Origin: Escherichia coli
GTDB lineage: Bacteria; Pseudomonadota; Gammaproteobacteria; Enterobacterales; Enterobacteriaceae
Direction: 5' to 3' (one strand)
Assembly: GCF_030013595.1 (NCBI RefSeq)
Contig: NZ_CP122768.1
Length of the DNA stretch: 64,000 bases
The notes below the pieces were generated by a model. The model was not told where the DNA came from and did not search any database. It saw nothing but the letters and a program-made list of their open reading frames with translations. Below are positions 25,490 through 51,207 of this stretch, piece after piece; position 1 is the stretch's first letter, and every line of letters starts with the position of its first letter. The translations under genes were made by a program, and so were the position numbers.

Positions 25490-25700
25490 CGCAGGGAGCG
25501 CGCAGGGGGCGGCCAATCGCCGCCGCCCCCTGCACCCCCAGGCTCTGGCGAACAAAATCGCCGCTGCGCGGTTCCCTCAGCTTATCCCTTGCGGCTACCG
25601 GGTCGGGCGCAAGGGAACGTCCCTGTAAGATGCCCCCTCGCCGCGCATCCATGCGCGTCGCCCCGGCCTCCAGGGAACGCTTCGGCGATTTTGACGCCAC
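25490..25700. other. GC-rich multi-helix element in the alx-sstT intergenic region, function unknown
   Basis: Several complementary segments. The clearest is the 11-bp stem 25503-25513/25522-25532; the others are listed in findings. Confidence 0.4.
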
Positions 25701-25808
25701 CAACACCCGTGCGGTCTTTTTGTAAAGAGCTATAAGCCGATTACATAATTAATAGCTCACCTTTGTCTGGAATGAGTTATCTCTAGTAATGGCTTAATAT
25801 ACAGCGAA

Positions 25809-26774
25809 TCATTCTCCCCGCTGCTTATCATGCCGATAATTCACCCAAGCGTTGATAATAAACGTCATCACCAGAATGCCAAACACCACGCCCAGCGAAA
25901 CGGCGATCGGAATATGGTAGAAGTCAACAATCAGCATCTTGATACCGATAAACACCAGAATCACCGCCAGACCATATTTGAGCATCGAGAAACGTTCTGC
26001 TACGCCCGCCAGCAGGAAATACATCGCACGCAGGCCGAGGATCGCAAACAGGTTTGAGGTCAGCACAATGAACGGGTCAGTGGTAACAGCGAAGATAGCT
26101 GGAATGCTATCCACGGCGAAAATCACGTCGCTCAATTCCACCAGAATCAGCACCAGCATCAGCGGTGTGGCATACAGCAAGCCATTCTTGCGCACAAAGA
26201 AATGCTCGTTGTCGATGGTGTCGGTCATACGCAAATGACCGCGCAACCAGCGCACCAGCGGCTTGTCGCCAATGCCTGATTCATCTTCATGGGCCAGCGC
26301 CATCTTCACGCCGGTAAACAGCAGGAAGGCACCGAAGATATACAGGATCCAGTCGAACTGCGAAATCAGCCAGCTGCCAGTGAAGATCATGATGGTACGC
26401 AGAACAATCGCCCCGAGCACGCCATACACCAGCACGCGGCGTTGTAATGCCGCCGGAACAGAGAAATAGCTGAACAACATCAGCCAGACAAAGACGTTAT
26501 CGACCGCCAGCGATTTCTCAATCAGATAACCCGTGAGAAAGGCCAGTGCCTGTGGATCGGCAACGGCGCGACCTTCGGTTTGCACCAGATACCACCAGAA
26601 AGCGGCGTTAAACAGTAACGACAGCGTCACCCAGACCAGCGACCAGGCCGCAGCCTGTTTCATGGTCATGGCATGTGCCCCACGACGCCCCTGCAACAAC
26701 AGGTCGATAGCCAGCATAATGGCGACAACAACAGCGAATCCGCCCCATAGCAACGGCGTGCCGACAGTATTCAT
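25809..26774 (-). CDS. alx: TerC-family membrane protein Alx
   Basis: 321-aa ORF recognised as Alx/YgjT. Confidence 0.94.
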   Translation of the reverse strand: MNTVGTPLLWGGFAVVVAIMLAIDLLLQGRRGAHAMTMKQAAAWSLVWVTLSLLFNAAFWWYLVQTEGRAVADPQALAFLTGYLIEKSLAVDNVFVWLMLFSYFSVPAALQRRVLVYGVLGAIVLRTIMIFTGSWLISQFDWILYIFGAFLLFTGVKMALAHEDESGIGDKPLVRWLRGHLRMTDTIDNEHFFVRKNGLLYATPLMLVLILVELSDVIFAVDSIPAIFAVTTDPFIVLTSNLFAILGLRAMYFLLAGVAERFSMLKYGLAVILVFIGIKMLIVDFYHIPIAVSLGVVFGILVMTFIINAWVNYRHDKQRGE

Positions 26775-26790
26775 AGAAGTTCCTTACACA

Positions 26791-26826
26791 TAAAAAAAAC
26801 GGCCAACGTCGGAAGACGTCAGCCGC
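26791..26826 (-). terminator. leader hairpin plus U8 immediately upstream of the alx start (attenuator)
   Basis: The minus strand reads CGGCUGACGUC-UUCC-GACGUUGGCCG followed by U8. Confidence 0.65.
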
Positions 26827-26845
26827 TGCTTTTTATGCATAGACC

Positions 26846-26990
26846 TCGCCTTCCGGCAAGGTCTCACTTACAACAAAAAAGGAATACGTCTGCGTATTCC
26901 TTTCGGGTTGCCCGGTGACCGGATGTGGTTTTGCACACATCGTAATGACGATCGACCGGCAATGAAGTTACTCCCCTTTGCAGGTAACAA
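26846..26990 (-). promoter_or_regulatory. yybP-ykoY (Mn2+/pH-responsive) riboswitch-type leader of alx (SraF/PRE region)
   Basis: The minus strand contains AAAGGGGAGUA and GAGACCUUGCC, the hallmark conserved segments of the yybP-ykoY motif. Located in the alx 5' UTR as in K-12. Confidence 0.72.
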
Positions 26991-27057
26991 AGTATGACAG
27001 ACCATTCAGTCAGTCAATGGTCTGTTACATGCCTTTTACACTGTTTTACTTTGGCAA

Positions 27058-28044
27058 TTATAGTTTTACTCTATCTGCCGGAAAAATCACCCCAGTCTGG
27101 CGGCGGATCTCGGTCAGCAGTTTGGCGGTGATGCGACTGACCGTCAGCCATGGATGATCCACCAGATGCTCATCCACCAGTTCAGCAAACAGCTCTGCTT
27201 CGTAGAGCATGGTATTAATATGCTGCGGTTGGGTGAGATCCTGCATCTGGCTGCCACGCGGAACAAAGCAAACTTTCTGGCATTCAGACAGTTTTTCAAT
27301 CACCAGCGATCCCGCTTCGCCCTGAATCTCGCTTGCCAGGACAGAATCGCTCACTTTTGAGTGCTGCAACGTAACGCTGAAATCACCGTAATCCATCACC
27401 ACCACGCCGTGGGCATCCACACCGCTTGCCAGCAAACTGGCGGTTGCCTGCACGCTTTTCGGTTCACCGAATAATGCCACCGCCGACGCCAGGCAGTAAA
27501 AGCCGATATCCATAATTGAACCGTTAGAGAATGCCGGATTAAAGGTGTTGGGATTCTCACCATCCAGGTAACGTTGATACCGCGAGGAATACTGGCAATA
27601 GTTGAAAAAGACTTTACGCAGTTTGCCGACTTTCGGCAGCGCCTGGCGTAACAGATGAAAGTTCGGCAGGCTGGCGGTTTTAAATGCCTCAAACAGCACC
27701 ACCTGATTTTCCCGCGCACAGGCAATGGCGGCATCCACTTCCGCCAGATTCGATGCCAGCGGCTTCTCGCAAATCACATGAATTTTGTGGCTAAGGAAAA
27801 GTTGTGTCTGGGAAAAGTGCAGGGCATTCGGGCTGGCAATATACACCGCGTCAATGGCATCGCTTTCTGCCATCGCTTCCAGCGACGTAAACAGATGCTC
27901 GACAGAAAAATCATTGGCAAAGTGCTGGGCCTGTTCAAGGCTGCGGGAATATACGGCGGTTAACTTGTATTTACCGCTCTCATGGGCGGCCTCGACGAAC
28001 TGGCGAGTGATCCAGTTCGTACCAATCACAGCGAAACGTATCAT
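27058..28044 (-). CDS. ygjR: Gfo/Idh/MocA-family oxidoreductase YgjR
   Basis: 328 aa from MIRFAVIGTNWITRQFVEAA (Rossmann N-terminus). Confidence 0.9.
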   Translation of the reverse strand: MIRFAVIGTNWITRQFVEAAHESGKYKLTAVYSRSLEQAQHFANDFSVEHLFTSLEAMAESDAIDAVYIASPNALHFSQTQLFLSHKIHVICEKPLASNLAEVDAAIACARENQVVLFEAFKTASLPNFHLLRQALPKVGKLRKVFFNYCQYSSRYQRYLDGENPNTFNPAFSNGSIMDIGFYCLASAVALFGEPKSVQATASLLASGVDAHGVVVMDYGDFSVTLQHSKVSDSVLASEIQGEAGSLVIEKLSECQKVCFVPRGSQMQDLTQPQHINTMLYEAELFAELVDEHLVDHPWLTVSRITAKLLTEIRRQTGVIFPADRVKL

Positions 28045-28122
28045 AACGCGTGGATACTCCATAAAGGGATTCTGCCGTCAATGTAGCACGCCTTTTTCAT
28101 CTTCGACGTGCGCAGATACGCA

Positions 28123-28815
28123 TTATTTCTGCGCCGGACAGCCATGCTCACTAAACGGCCCAATCATGACCGATGGCCCGAGATATTTCGGCTGGCGATG
28201 GAGGATTTTTGCGTCAATCACCGCGCTGACTCTGGCGAGTTTCTCCCGTAACTGAGTATAAAAACCGTGCTTCATATTGAGGTCTGGCGCGTTAAAGCCG
28301 ATAGCGTCGATGCCGTACTGTTTTGCCAGCCAGATGGCGCGTTGGTTATGAAATTCTTGCGAAATAATGGTGATATGGTTTTCCCCAAACACCTTTTTGG
28401 CACGCACCACCGAATCAAGCGTTGAGAATCCGGCATAGTCGCAGAAGATCACTTTCGCCGGTACGCCTTTAGCGATCAAAGCCTGCTGCATACCTGAGGC
28501 TTCATCGTAATTTTTACGTCCGTTATCGCCACTTACCAGTAGCCATTTCACTTTTCCGGCGTGGTACAACGCTGCTGCAGTATCAATACGTCGGGTAAAG
28601 TAGCGATTACCCGGCCTCGCCCCCAGCAATAAACCCACGTTCCGCGCCGGAACGGCGTTGACATCGCTCCAGGTCAGTTGTTGGCTGGCGTTGACCATAA
28701 CGCGATCGGCAATAAAAATGGTTGCTCCTGCTATAAGCAGCAATAAACAGCCAATCTTAAGAGTCCGGCGAGAAAAACAAATACGGAGAAGAAGGCGGGC
28801 AAAGGCGCGCAGCAT
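28123..28815 (-). CDS. ygjQ: DUF218 (SanA-like) protein YgjQ
   Basis: 230-aa ORF with an N-terminal TM segment. Confidence 0.88.
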   Translation of the reverse strand: MLRAFARLLLRICFSRRTLKIGCLLLLIAGATIFIADRVMVNASQQLTWSDVNAVPARNVGLLLGARPGNRYFTRRIDTAAALYHAGKVKWLLVSGDNGRKNYDEASGMQQALIAKGVPAKVIFCDYAGFSTLDSVVRAKKVFGENHITIISQEFHNQRAIWLAKQYGIDAIGFNAPDLNMKHGFYTQLREKLARVSAVIDAKILHRQPKYLGPSVMIGPFSEHGCPAQK

Positions 28816-28891
28816 GGTCGTTATCCTTAACGAAAAGGGGGAGGTCGATTTTAGGCGCTAAAGGAAGAAAAGATAACGCCTGACATCATTT

Positions 28892-29395
28892 TCAGATTTT
28901 GTCCTGCCCAAGCGACAACTGCGTTAGCCACAGCCGGGTGTCGAACTCAAGCTGGTGGTACTGCGGCTCCATATGGCAGCACAATTGATAGAACGCTTTG
29001 TTATGCTCTTTCTCCTTCAGGTGCGCCAACTCGTGCACCACGATCATGCGCAAAAACGGTTCCGGCGCGTTGCGAAACACGGTAGCGACGCGGATCTCTG
29101 CTTTTGCTTTCAGCTTGCCGCCCTGCACACGCGAAACAGCGGTATGTAACCCGAGCGCGTTTTTTAGCACGTGGATCTTATTGTCATACATCACTTTATT
29201 GATCGGCGGGGCATTGCGCAGAAACTGATTTTTAAGATCTTGGGTATATTGCCAGAGGGCTTTATCGGTGGCGTAGTCGTGTGTTCCCGGATAACGTTTT
29301 GCCAGCACATCGCCCAGACGCTGTTCGTTAATCAGCGTTCGCACCTGGGAAAGTAGCTGGTCGGGATAACCCTGAAGATAAGTAAGATTGCTCAT
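28892..29395 (-). CDS. ygjP: metal-dependent hydrolase YgjP (DUF45)
   Basis: 167 aa from [11 protein letters not shown]. The HELAH zinc-hydrolase motif is visible. Confidence 0.88.
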   Translation of the reverse strand: MSNLTYLQGYPDQLLSQVRTLINEQRLGDVLAKRYPGTHDYATDKALWQYTQDLKNQFLRNAPPINKVMYDNKIHVLKNALGLHTAVSRVQGGKLKAKAEIRVATVFRNAPEPFLRMIVVHELAHLKEKEHNKAFYQLCCHMEPQYHQLEFDTRLWLTQLSLGQDKI

Positions 29396-29479
29396 AACCG
29401 CCCACGAAAAAGAGAAAAAGGGTATACTCACGCACCCTTTTCAGGGGCAACGTCGAAATTTTATCATTCAGGAGGGCCG

Positions 29480-30616
29480 ATGAGCCACTTAGACAACGGT
29501 TTCCGTTCACTGACACTACAACGTTTTCCGGCGACGGATGACGTTAACCCGCTACAGGCGTGGGAAGCGGCGGATGAGTATCTGCTGCAACAGTTGGACG
29601 ACACAGAGATCCGCGGCCCGGTGTTAATCCTGAATGATGCTTTTGGTGCGTTAAGCTGTGCGCTGGCGGAACATAAGCCCTACAGCATTGGTGACTCATA
29701 CATCAGTGAACTGGCCACGCGCGAGAATTTACGCCTCAACGGGATTGATGAGTCGAGCGTGAAGTTTCTCGACAGCACCGCCGACTACCCGCAACAGCCG
29801 GGTGTGGTGCTGATCAAAGTACCCAAAACACTGGCGTTGCTGGAACAACAACTGCGTGCGCTGCGCAAAGTCGTCACGCCGGATACACGTATTATTGCCG
29901 GTGCCAAAGCCCGTGACATCCACACTTCCACGCTGGAACTGTTCGAAAAAATGCTCGGCCCGACCACCACCACGCTGGCATGGAAGAAGGCACGCTTAAT
30001 TAACTGTACTTTCAACGAGCCGCCGCTGGCCGATGCGCCGCAGACCGTTAGCTGGAAACTGGAAGGTACTGACTGGACTATCCACAACCATGCGAATGTC
30101 TTCTCCCGCACCGGGCTGGATATTGGCGCGCGCTTCTTTATGCAGCATCTGCCAGAGAATCTCGAAGGTGAGATTGTCGATCTCGGTTGTGGTAATGGCG
30201 TTATTGGTCTGACGCTGCTTGATAAAAACCCGCAGGCGAAAGTGGTGTTTGTCGATGAATCGCCGATGGCGGTTGCTTCCAGCCGTTTGAACGTTGAAAC
30301 CAACATGCCAGAGGCGTTGGATCGCTGCGAGTTTATGATCAACAACGCGCTCTCCGGCGTGGAGCCTTTCCGCTTTAATGCTGTGCTCTGCAACCCGCCG
30401 TTTCATCAGCAACATGCGCTGACCGATAACGTCGCCTGGGAGATGTTCCACCACGCCCGCCGCTGTCTGAAAATCAACGGCGAGCTGTATATCGTTGCCA
30501 ACCGTCACCTGGATTACTTCCATAAACTGAAGAAGATTTTCGGCAACTGCACCACCATCGCCACGAATAATAAATTTGTGGTGCTGAAAGCAGTGAAGCT
30601 GGGGCGTCGTCGGTAA
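29480..30616 (+). CDS. rlmG: 23S rRNA m2G1835 methyltransferase RlmG
   Basis: 378-aa ORF with a SAM-MTase motif ([11 protein letters not shown]) and NPPFH. Confidence 0.94.
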   Translation: MSHLDNGFRSLTLQRFPATDDVNPLQAWEAADEYLLQQLDDTEIRGPVLILNDAFGALSCALAEHKPYSIGDSYISELATRENLRLNGIDESSVKFLDSTADYPQQPGVVLIKVPKTLALLEQQLRALRKVVTPDTRIIAGAKARDIHTSTLELFEKMLGPTTTTLAWKKARLINCTFNEPPLADAPQTVSWKLEGTDWTIHNHANVFSRTGLDIGARFFMQHLPENLEGEIVDLGCGNGVIGLTLLDKNPQAKVVFVDESPMAVASSRLNVETNMPEALDRCEFMINNALSGVEPFRFNAVLCNPPFHQQHALTDNVAWEMFHHARRCLKINGELYIVANRHLDYFHKLKKIFGNCTTIATNNKFVVLKAVKLGRRR

Positions 30617-30630
30617 GATTGGCAGCTACC

Positions 30631-30719
30631 TGCCAGATAAGGCGTAAACGCCTTATCTGGCATACGTTCAGCACATTACCCCCAGGTCGGATAAGACGCG
30701 GCAAGCGTCGCATCCGGCA
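30631..30719. repeat. BIME (two REP units) filling the rlmG-fadH gap
   Basis: TGCCAGATAAGGCGTAAACGCCTTATCTGGCA ... AGGTCGGATAAGACGCGGCAAGCGTCGCATCCGGCA. Confidence 0.82.
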
Positions 30720-30733
30720 CTTCAATGCACGAT

Positions 30734-32779
<2,046 letters not shown>

Positions 32780-32781
32780 TT

Positions 32782-32798
32782 ATGTGGTCGGATGAGTT
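32782..32798. promoter_or_regulatory. candidate FadR operator upstream of fadH
   Basis: ATGTGGTCGGATGAGTT resembles FadR sites (compare the fabA-type TGATCGGACTTGTT core). Confidence 0.4.
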
Positions 32799-32881
32799 CT
32801 AATTTAGCCGTCGCCGGAGAAAAGGGAAAAGGGGAGTGCGGGGTTTGTGATGGAATTCAAAAAGAATACGCCCATTGGAAA

Positions 32882-32943
<62 letters not shown>

Positions 32944-32944
32944 G

Positions 32945-34625
<1,681 letters not shown>

Positions 34626-34651
34626 AGATAGTGCCGTGTTTGCTCACTGGC

Positions 34652-34728
<77 letters not shown>

Positions 34729-34745
34729 AACCATTAAACGTCAGC

Positions 34746-34839
<94 letters not shown>

Positions 34840-34840
34840 A

Positions 34841-34876
<36 letters not shown>

Positions 34877-34888
34877 AGCCATTGCAAA

Positions 34889-46769
<11,881 letters not shown>

Positions 46770-46975
46770 TTAACATCTGTTGTTATTTTGCACGGTTTTT
46801 GTCGGGTATGGATTTGGCGATTGCTTCACAAATGCACACTTTCAGGGCAACAACTGCCTGATTTTTGGGCAAGATAATTAACGTTTTCGTATAGTAACAG
46901 AGTGAAAGTATTTTAAATCAAGGGATTAGATTTATGCTTTAATCGCAAATTGCGATCTAAATCAAATTAATCAGT

Positions 46976-47002
46976 TAAAGATAACCGCAGCGGGGCCGAC
47001 AT
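46976..47002 (+). promoter_or_regulatory. sigma28 (FliA) promoter of aer
   Basis: TAAAGATA-N11-GCCGACAT matches the TAAAGTTT-N11-GCCGATAA consensus. It lies ~50 nt upstream of the aer ATG. Confidence 0.75.
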
Positions 47003-47051
47003 AAACTCTGACAAGAAGTTAACAACCATATAACCTGCACAGGACGCGAAC

Positions 47052-48572
47052 ATGTCTTCTCATCCGTATGTCACCCAGCAAAATACCCCGCTGGCGGACG
47101 ATACCACTCTGATGTCCACTACCGATCTGCAAAGCTATATCACTCATGCTAATGACACTTTTGTGCAGGTGAGCGGCTATACCTTGCAAGAGTTACAAGG
47201 TCAACCGCACAACATGGTGCGTCACCCGGATATGCCAAAAGCGGCGTTTGCGGATATGTGGTTCACCCTGAAAAAAGGGGAGCCCTGGAGCGGCATCGTG
47301 AAAAATCGCCGCAAAAATGGCGACCATTATTGGGTGCGGGCCAATGCGGTACCGATGGTGCGCGAGGGAAAAATCAGTGGCTATATGTCGATTCGCACCC
47401 GGGCGACGGATGAAGAGATCGCGGCGGTGGAGCCGCTGTACAAAGCGTTGAACGCCGGACGTACCAGTAAGCGTATTCATAAAGGCCTGGTGGTGCGTAA
47501 AGGCTGGCTGGGTAAACTGCCTTCATTACCGCTTCGCTGGCGGGCGCGTGGCGTGATGACCCTGATGTTTATCTTGCTGGCGGTCATGCTTTGGTTTGTT
47601 GCTGCCCCGGTGGTGACGTATATCCTCTGTGCGTTAGTGGTATTGTTGGCAAGCGCCTGTTTTGAATGGCAGATTGTCCGCCCGATAGAAAATGTCGCCC
47701 GTCAGGCACTGAAGGTGGCGACCGGAGAGCGTAATAGTGTTGAGCATCTGAATCGCAGCGATGAGCTGGGGCTGACATTACGCGCGGTAGGGCAGCTTGG
47801 CCTGATGTGCCGTTGGCTAATTAACGATGTCTCAAGCCAGGTGTCCAGTGTCAGAAACGGCAGTGAGACGCTGGCGAAAGGCACCGATGAACTGAACGAA
47901 CATACCCAGCAGACAGTTGATAACGTTCAGCAAACGGTGGCGACCATGAACCAAATGGCGGCGTCGGTGAAACAGAACTCTGCCACGGCGTCGGCTGCCG
48001 ATAAACTTTCTATCACTGCCAGTAATGCGGCAGTGCAGGGCGGGGAGGCGATGACCACGGTGATCAAGACAATGGACGATATCGCCGACAGTACCCAGCG
48101 CATTGGCACCATTACTTCGCTGATTAACGATATTGCGTTTCAGACCAATATTCTGGCCCTGAATGCGGCGGTGGAAGCGGCACGAGCCGGCGAACAAGGC
48201 AAAGGTTTTGCAGTGGTGGCAGGGGAAGTGCGTCATTTAGCCAGCCGCAGCGCCAATGCTGCCAACGATATTCGCAAGCTGATTGATGCCAGTGCTGATA
48301 AGGTGCAATCCGGTTCGCAGCAGGTACACGCAGCCGGACGGACGATGGAAGATATTGTGGCACAGGTGAAAAACGTCACCCAGTTGATCGCCCAGATTAG
48401 CCATTCAACGCTGGAACAGGCCGATGGGCTTTCCAGCCTGACCCGTGCAGTGGATGAGCTTAACCTCATCACCCAGAAAAATGCCGAGCTGGTGGAAGAG
48501 AGTGCGCAGGTGTCGGCGATGGTGAAACACCGCGCCAGCCGACTGGAAGACGCGGTGACGGTGCTGCATTAA
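47052..48572 (+). CDS. aer: aerotaxis receptor Aer (PAS-FAD, HAMP, MCP signalling domain)
   Basis: 506-aa ORF recognised as Aer. Confidence 0.96.
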   Translation: MSSHPYVTQQNTPLADDTTLMSTTDLQSYITHANDTFVQVSGYTLQELQGQPHNMVRHPDMPKAAFADMWFTLKKGEPWSGIVKNRRKNGDHYWVRANAVPMVREGKISGYMSIRTRATDEEIAAVEPLYKALNAGRTSKRIHKGLVVRKGWLGKLPSLPLRWRARGVMTLMFILLAVMLWFVAAPVVTYILCALVVLLASACFEWQIVRPIENVARQALKVATGERNSVEHLNRSDELGLTLRAVGQLGLMCRWLINDVSSQVSSVRNGSETLAKGTDELNEHTQQTVDNVQQTVATMNQMAASVKQNSATASAADKLSITASNAAVQGGEAMTTVIKTMDDIADSTQRIGTITSLINDIAFQTNILALNAAVEAARAGEQGKGFAVVAGEVRHLASRSANAANDIRKLIDASADKVQSGSQQVHAAGRTMEDIVAQVKNVTQLIAQISHSTLEQADGLSSLTRAVDELNLITQKNAELVEESAQVSAMVKHRASRLEDAVTVLH

Positions 48573-48578
48573 TCGATA

Positions 48579-48670
48579 TGCCGGATCCGGTGTTTGATAC
48601 ACGATGGCTGATGCGATGCTGGCGCATCTTATCAGGCCTACGGGGGGGTAGGGCACGCCACATCCGGCAA
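48579..48670. repeat. BIME / REP cluster after aer
   Basis: Contains CTGATGCGATGCTGGCGCATCTTATCAGGCCTAC and flanking partial units. Confidence 0.78.
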
Positions 48671-48677
48671 TCGGTGA

Positions 48678-49301
48678 TTAATCCAGTTGCGTAATATCAA
48701 AAGCGGCGCGGTCGATCACCGCAATGATCTTTTTTATTTGTGCATCAGTGATATCGCTCTGGTTGACGCGTAAATCCAGCACCGCTTTAAAATTATCCAG
48801 CGCCCGCTTCATTTGCGGGTTCTGGCGGAGTGCAGCACCAACGCAACGCGCTTTGATGCGTTCTTCGATCATCTCCACCTGTTCGCGGTTTTCTTCCAGC
48901 CACTGCGCGCCCTGTTCGGTCAACGCAATCTGCTTCTTACCACCTTCCTCTTCGCGGATGGTAATCAGCGACTGCTCCTGCAGAAAATCCAGCGTCGGGT
49001 AGATGACACCCGGGCTTGGGGTGTAATTCCCCTGGGTTAGATTCTCAATCGCTTTAATCAATTCGTAACCGTGGCTGTCATCGCGCGAGAGAATATCCAG
49101 AATCACCAGACGCAATTCACCGTGACCAAAGAAACGCTGCCGACGACCGCCGCCGCGACCGTGGCGACCACCGCAGCATTGACCGTGTTCATGCTGGTGA
49201 CCGTGTCCGCAGTGCTCATGTTCTGACTTCTCACCTTTGCAGCAGCCTTCATGGCGTGGCTGGCCTTCATGTTTACAACACCCTTCGTGATGATGGCTCA
49301 T
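48678..49301 (-). CDS. yqjI: PadR-like Ni/Fe-responsive repressor YqjI (NfeR)
   Basis: 207 aa with a His/Cys-rich N-terminus (MSHHHEGCCKHEGQPRHEGCC...). Confidence 0.92.
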   Translation of the reverse strand: MSHHHEGCCKHEGQPRHEGCCKGEKSEHEHCGHGHQHEHGQCCGGRHGRGGGRRQRFFGHGELRLVILDILSRDDSHGYELIKAIENLTQGNYTPSPGVIYPTLDFLQEQSLITIREEEGGKKQIALTEQGAQWLEENREQVEMIEERIKARCVGAALRQNPQMKRALDNFKAVLDLRVNQSDITDAQIKKIIAVIDRAAFDITQLD

Positions 49302-49322
49302 ATCAGCCTCCTTTTGCTTAAT

Positions 49323-49336
49323 TAGATATATCTAAT
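49323..49336. promoter_or_regulatory. palindrome TTAGATATATCTAA, a candidate YqjI operator
   Basis: Near-identical copy TTAGATATATCTGA at 49541-49554. The AGATATATC core occurs again at 49472-49480. Confidence 0.5.
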
Positions 49337-49506
49337 TTATGTCTAATATGAGCGCTTTTGCAAGTATAAAAATGATTTTTAAACGTGAATACACCTCACA
49401 TCCAGGCCGGATAATTCGTTCACGCCGTATCCAACAGCCTTGCTACGACGCTGAATGTCTTCTCATACTTCAGATATATCAGTTCTACAAATCGCTTGCA
49501 TTTATC

Positions 49507-49525
49507 ATGATTAACAATCATTATC
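49507..49525. promoter_or_regulatory. Fur box upstream of yqjH
   Basis: ATGATTAACAATCATTATC matches 13/19 to GATAATGATAATCATTATC. yqjH is known to be Fur-regulated. Confidence 0.65.
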
Positions 49526-49540
49526 ATTTGCGAAATTTAT

Positions 49541-49554
49541 TTAGATATATCTGA
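49541..49554. promoter_or_regulatory. second TTAGATATATCTGA palindrome, a candidate YqjI operator
   Basis: Lies ~25 nt upstream of the yqjH ATG. Confidence 0.5.
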
Positions 49555-49577
49555 TTACTATCACGAAGGCGATAACA

Positions 49578-50342
49578 ATGAATAACTCCCCCCGCTACCC
49601 GCAGCGCGTTCGCAATGATCTGCGCTTCCGTGAATTGACTGTGCTACGCGCTGAGCGTATTAGCGCCGGTTTTCAGCGCATTGTCCTTGGCGGCGAGGCG
49701 CTGGACGGTTTTACATCGCGCGGCTTTGACGATCACAGCAAACTCTTCTTTCCTCAATCTGATGCTCACTTTGTGCCGCCAACGGTAACGGAAGAGGGCA
49801 TCGTCTGGCCGGAAGGACCACGCCCACCGTCGCGTGACTATACGCCGCTGTATGACGAACTACGCCATGAACTGGCGATTGATTTCTTTATTCACGACGG
49901 TGGCGTCGCCAGCGGCTGGGCGATGCAGGCGCAACCGGGCGATAAACTCACGGTGGCAGGTCCGCGCGGTTCGCTGGTGGTGCCAGAGGATTACGCGTAT
50001 CAGCTGTATGTCTGCGATGAATCCGGAATGCCCGCACTGCGCCGCCGCCTGGAAACGTTGAGCAAACTTGCCGTTAAACCGCAAGTTAGCGCGCTGGTTA
50101 GCGTGCGGGATAACGCCTGTCAGGATTATCTCGCGCACCTTGATGGTTTTAATATCGAATGGCTGGCACATGATGAGCAGGCAGTAGATGCGCGTCTGGC
50201 GCAGATGCAAATCCCTGCCGATGATTACTTCATCTGGATAACCGGCGAAGGCAAAGTCGTTAAGAATTTAAGCCGCCGCTTTGAAGCGGAACAGTATGAT
50301 CCACAGCGGGTACGTGCAGCGGCTTACTGGCACGCAAAGTAA
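49578..50342 (+). CDS. yqjH: NADPH-dependent ferric-siderophore reductase YqjH (NfeF)
   Basis: 254-aa ORF in the siderophore-interacting FAD-binding family. Confidence 0.93.
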   Translation: MNNSPRYPQRVRNDLRFRELTVLRAERISAGFQRIVLGGEALDGFTSRGFDDHSKLFFPQSDAHFVPPTVTEEGIVWPEGPRPPSRDYTPLYDELRHELAIDFFIHDGGVASGWAMQAQPGDKLTVAGPRGSLVVPEDYAYQLYVCDESGMPALRRRLETLSKLAVKPQVSALVSVRDNACQDYLAHLDGFNIEWLAHDEQAVDARLAQMQIPADDYFIWITGEGKVVKNLSRRFEAEQYDPQRVRAAAYWHAK

Positions 50343-50360
50343 CTGATATATAAAAAGAAA

Positions 50361-50390
50361 AAGGCTGACGATTTCTCGTCAGCCTTTGCT
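50361..50390 (+). terminator. hairpin terminator after yqjH
   Basis: AAGGCTGACGA-TTTC-TCGTCAGCCTT, followed by TGCT. Confidence 0.6.
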
Positions 50391-50467
50391 ATGTCTGGCC
50401 CTGCTGTCTCTTAATTGGTTGTGTAATTAATTGAAATTAAACAGGTAAATGCAATTTATTTTTTATC

Positions 50468-50489
50468 GATATGCCTTTTTGTATGCCTA
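50468..50489. repeat. 22-nt repeat GATATGCCTTTTTGTATGCCTA (distal island end)
   Basis: 20/22 identical, in direct orientation, to 58569-58590 next to int. Candidate integrase arm-type sites. Confidence 0.6.
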
Positions 50490-50916
50490 TTGGGAAAAAC
50501 ACGCTTTCTTCAACAGGGAATAAAAGCCGCTTTTATGGTGTTTTGAAACGGGTTTTAAAATGGCGCTCGTGGTGCTCTCGGGCACTCAATGGCGCTCTGT
50601 GATGTGGCTGGTGGTATGTGGCCGCCATGCATAATGGGGCTGATTTTGTTCATGGCCCGGCAGCGGGTGAGCATTTTTTACCATATTCAGGGTAAAAATG
50701 GGCGAAAAAGTTCATTTCTGGCATGGCCTGAAATGCCACGCAGCCCGCGCCGCGTGTGCTCTTGCCGGGGAAAACGGCGCGGAATAATGACCGCCACCCC
50801 ACCTTATGGCGGGCAGTCCCACGAAATCCCGGTTATTTCCGTTTATTCCCGGATTAATCCCGCCTTCTCCCGCATTCTCCCGGCTGTTCCCGGAATTAAT
50901 CGCCGTGGGGTGGTGG

Positions 50917-51207
50917 TTATCTGGTGTGGTCGTAGTTCTGCCGTAGTCGTTCACCCTCAGCGCAATGACGCGGTTTTTTAACGCCGCTGGTAACGCAACG
51001 CGGGCAGGTCATGACGTGGCTGATATACGCATCACGGGCAGCCAGCCACGTCGCTGACGGGGCGCACATATCCGCCAGCGCCTGGCCGTTGCTGGTGGTG
51101 TTGTCTTCCGGCCATGTTTCGGGCTGGTGCGCTTCCGGTAAATCCGGTGCAGGTAATGCCCGGATAAACTCACACAATGCATCCGGCAGGCTGAATAACT
51201 TATGCAT
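50917..51207 (-). CDS. hypothetical 96-aa ORF (doubtful)
   Basis: ATG start but no obvious SD. Shares a ~29-nt patch with the helicase gene. Contains CPRC...HC. Confidence 0.3.
   Translation of the reverse strand: MHKLFSLPDALCEFIRALPAPDLPEAHQPETWPEDNTTSNGQALADMCAPSATWLAARDAYISHVMTCPRCVTSGVKKPRHCAEGERLRQNYDHTR

Noticed and set aside
25398-25725. ORFs of 102 aa (minus strand) and 91 aa (plus strand) inside the GC-rich alx-sstT element.
   Set aside because: They overlap on both strands, are low-complexity and Arg/Ala/Pro-rich, have no RBS, and coincide with extensive stem-forming complementarity. The region is more likely non-coding.
50589-50981. ORFs 50589..50981 (+, 130 aa) and 50712..50954 (-, 80 aa) at the distal end of the island.
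   Set aside because: They mutually overlap, overlie short tandem DNA repeats, have no SD, and have implausible composition. Treated as non-coding repeat DNA.
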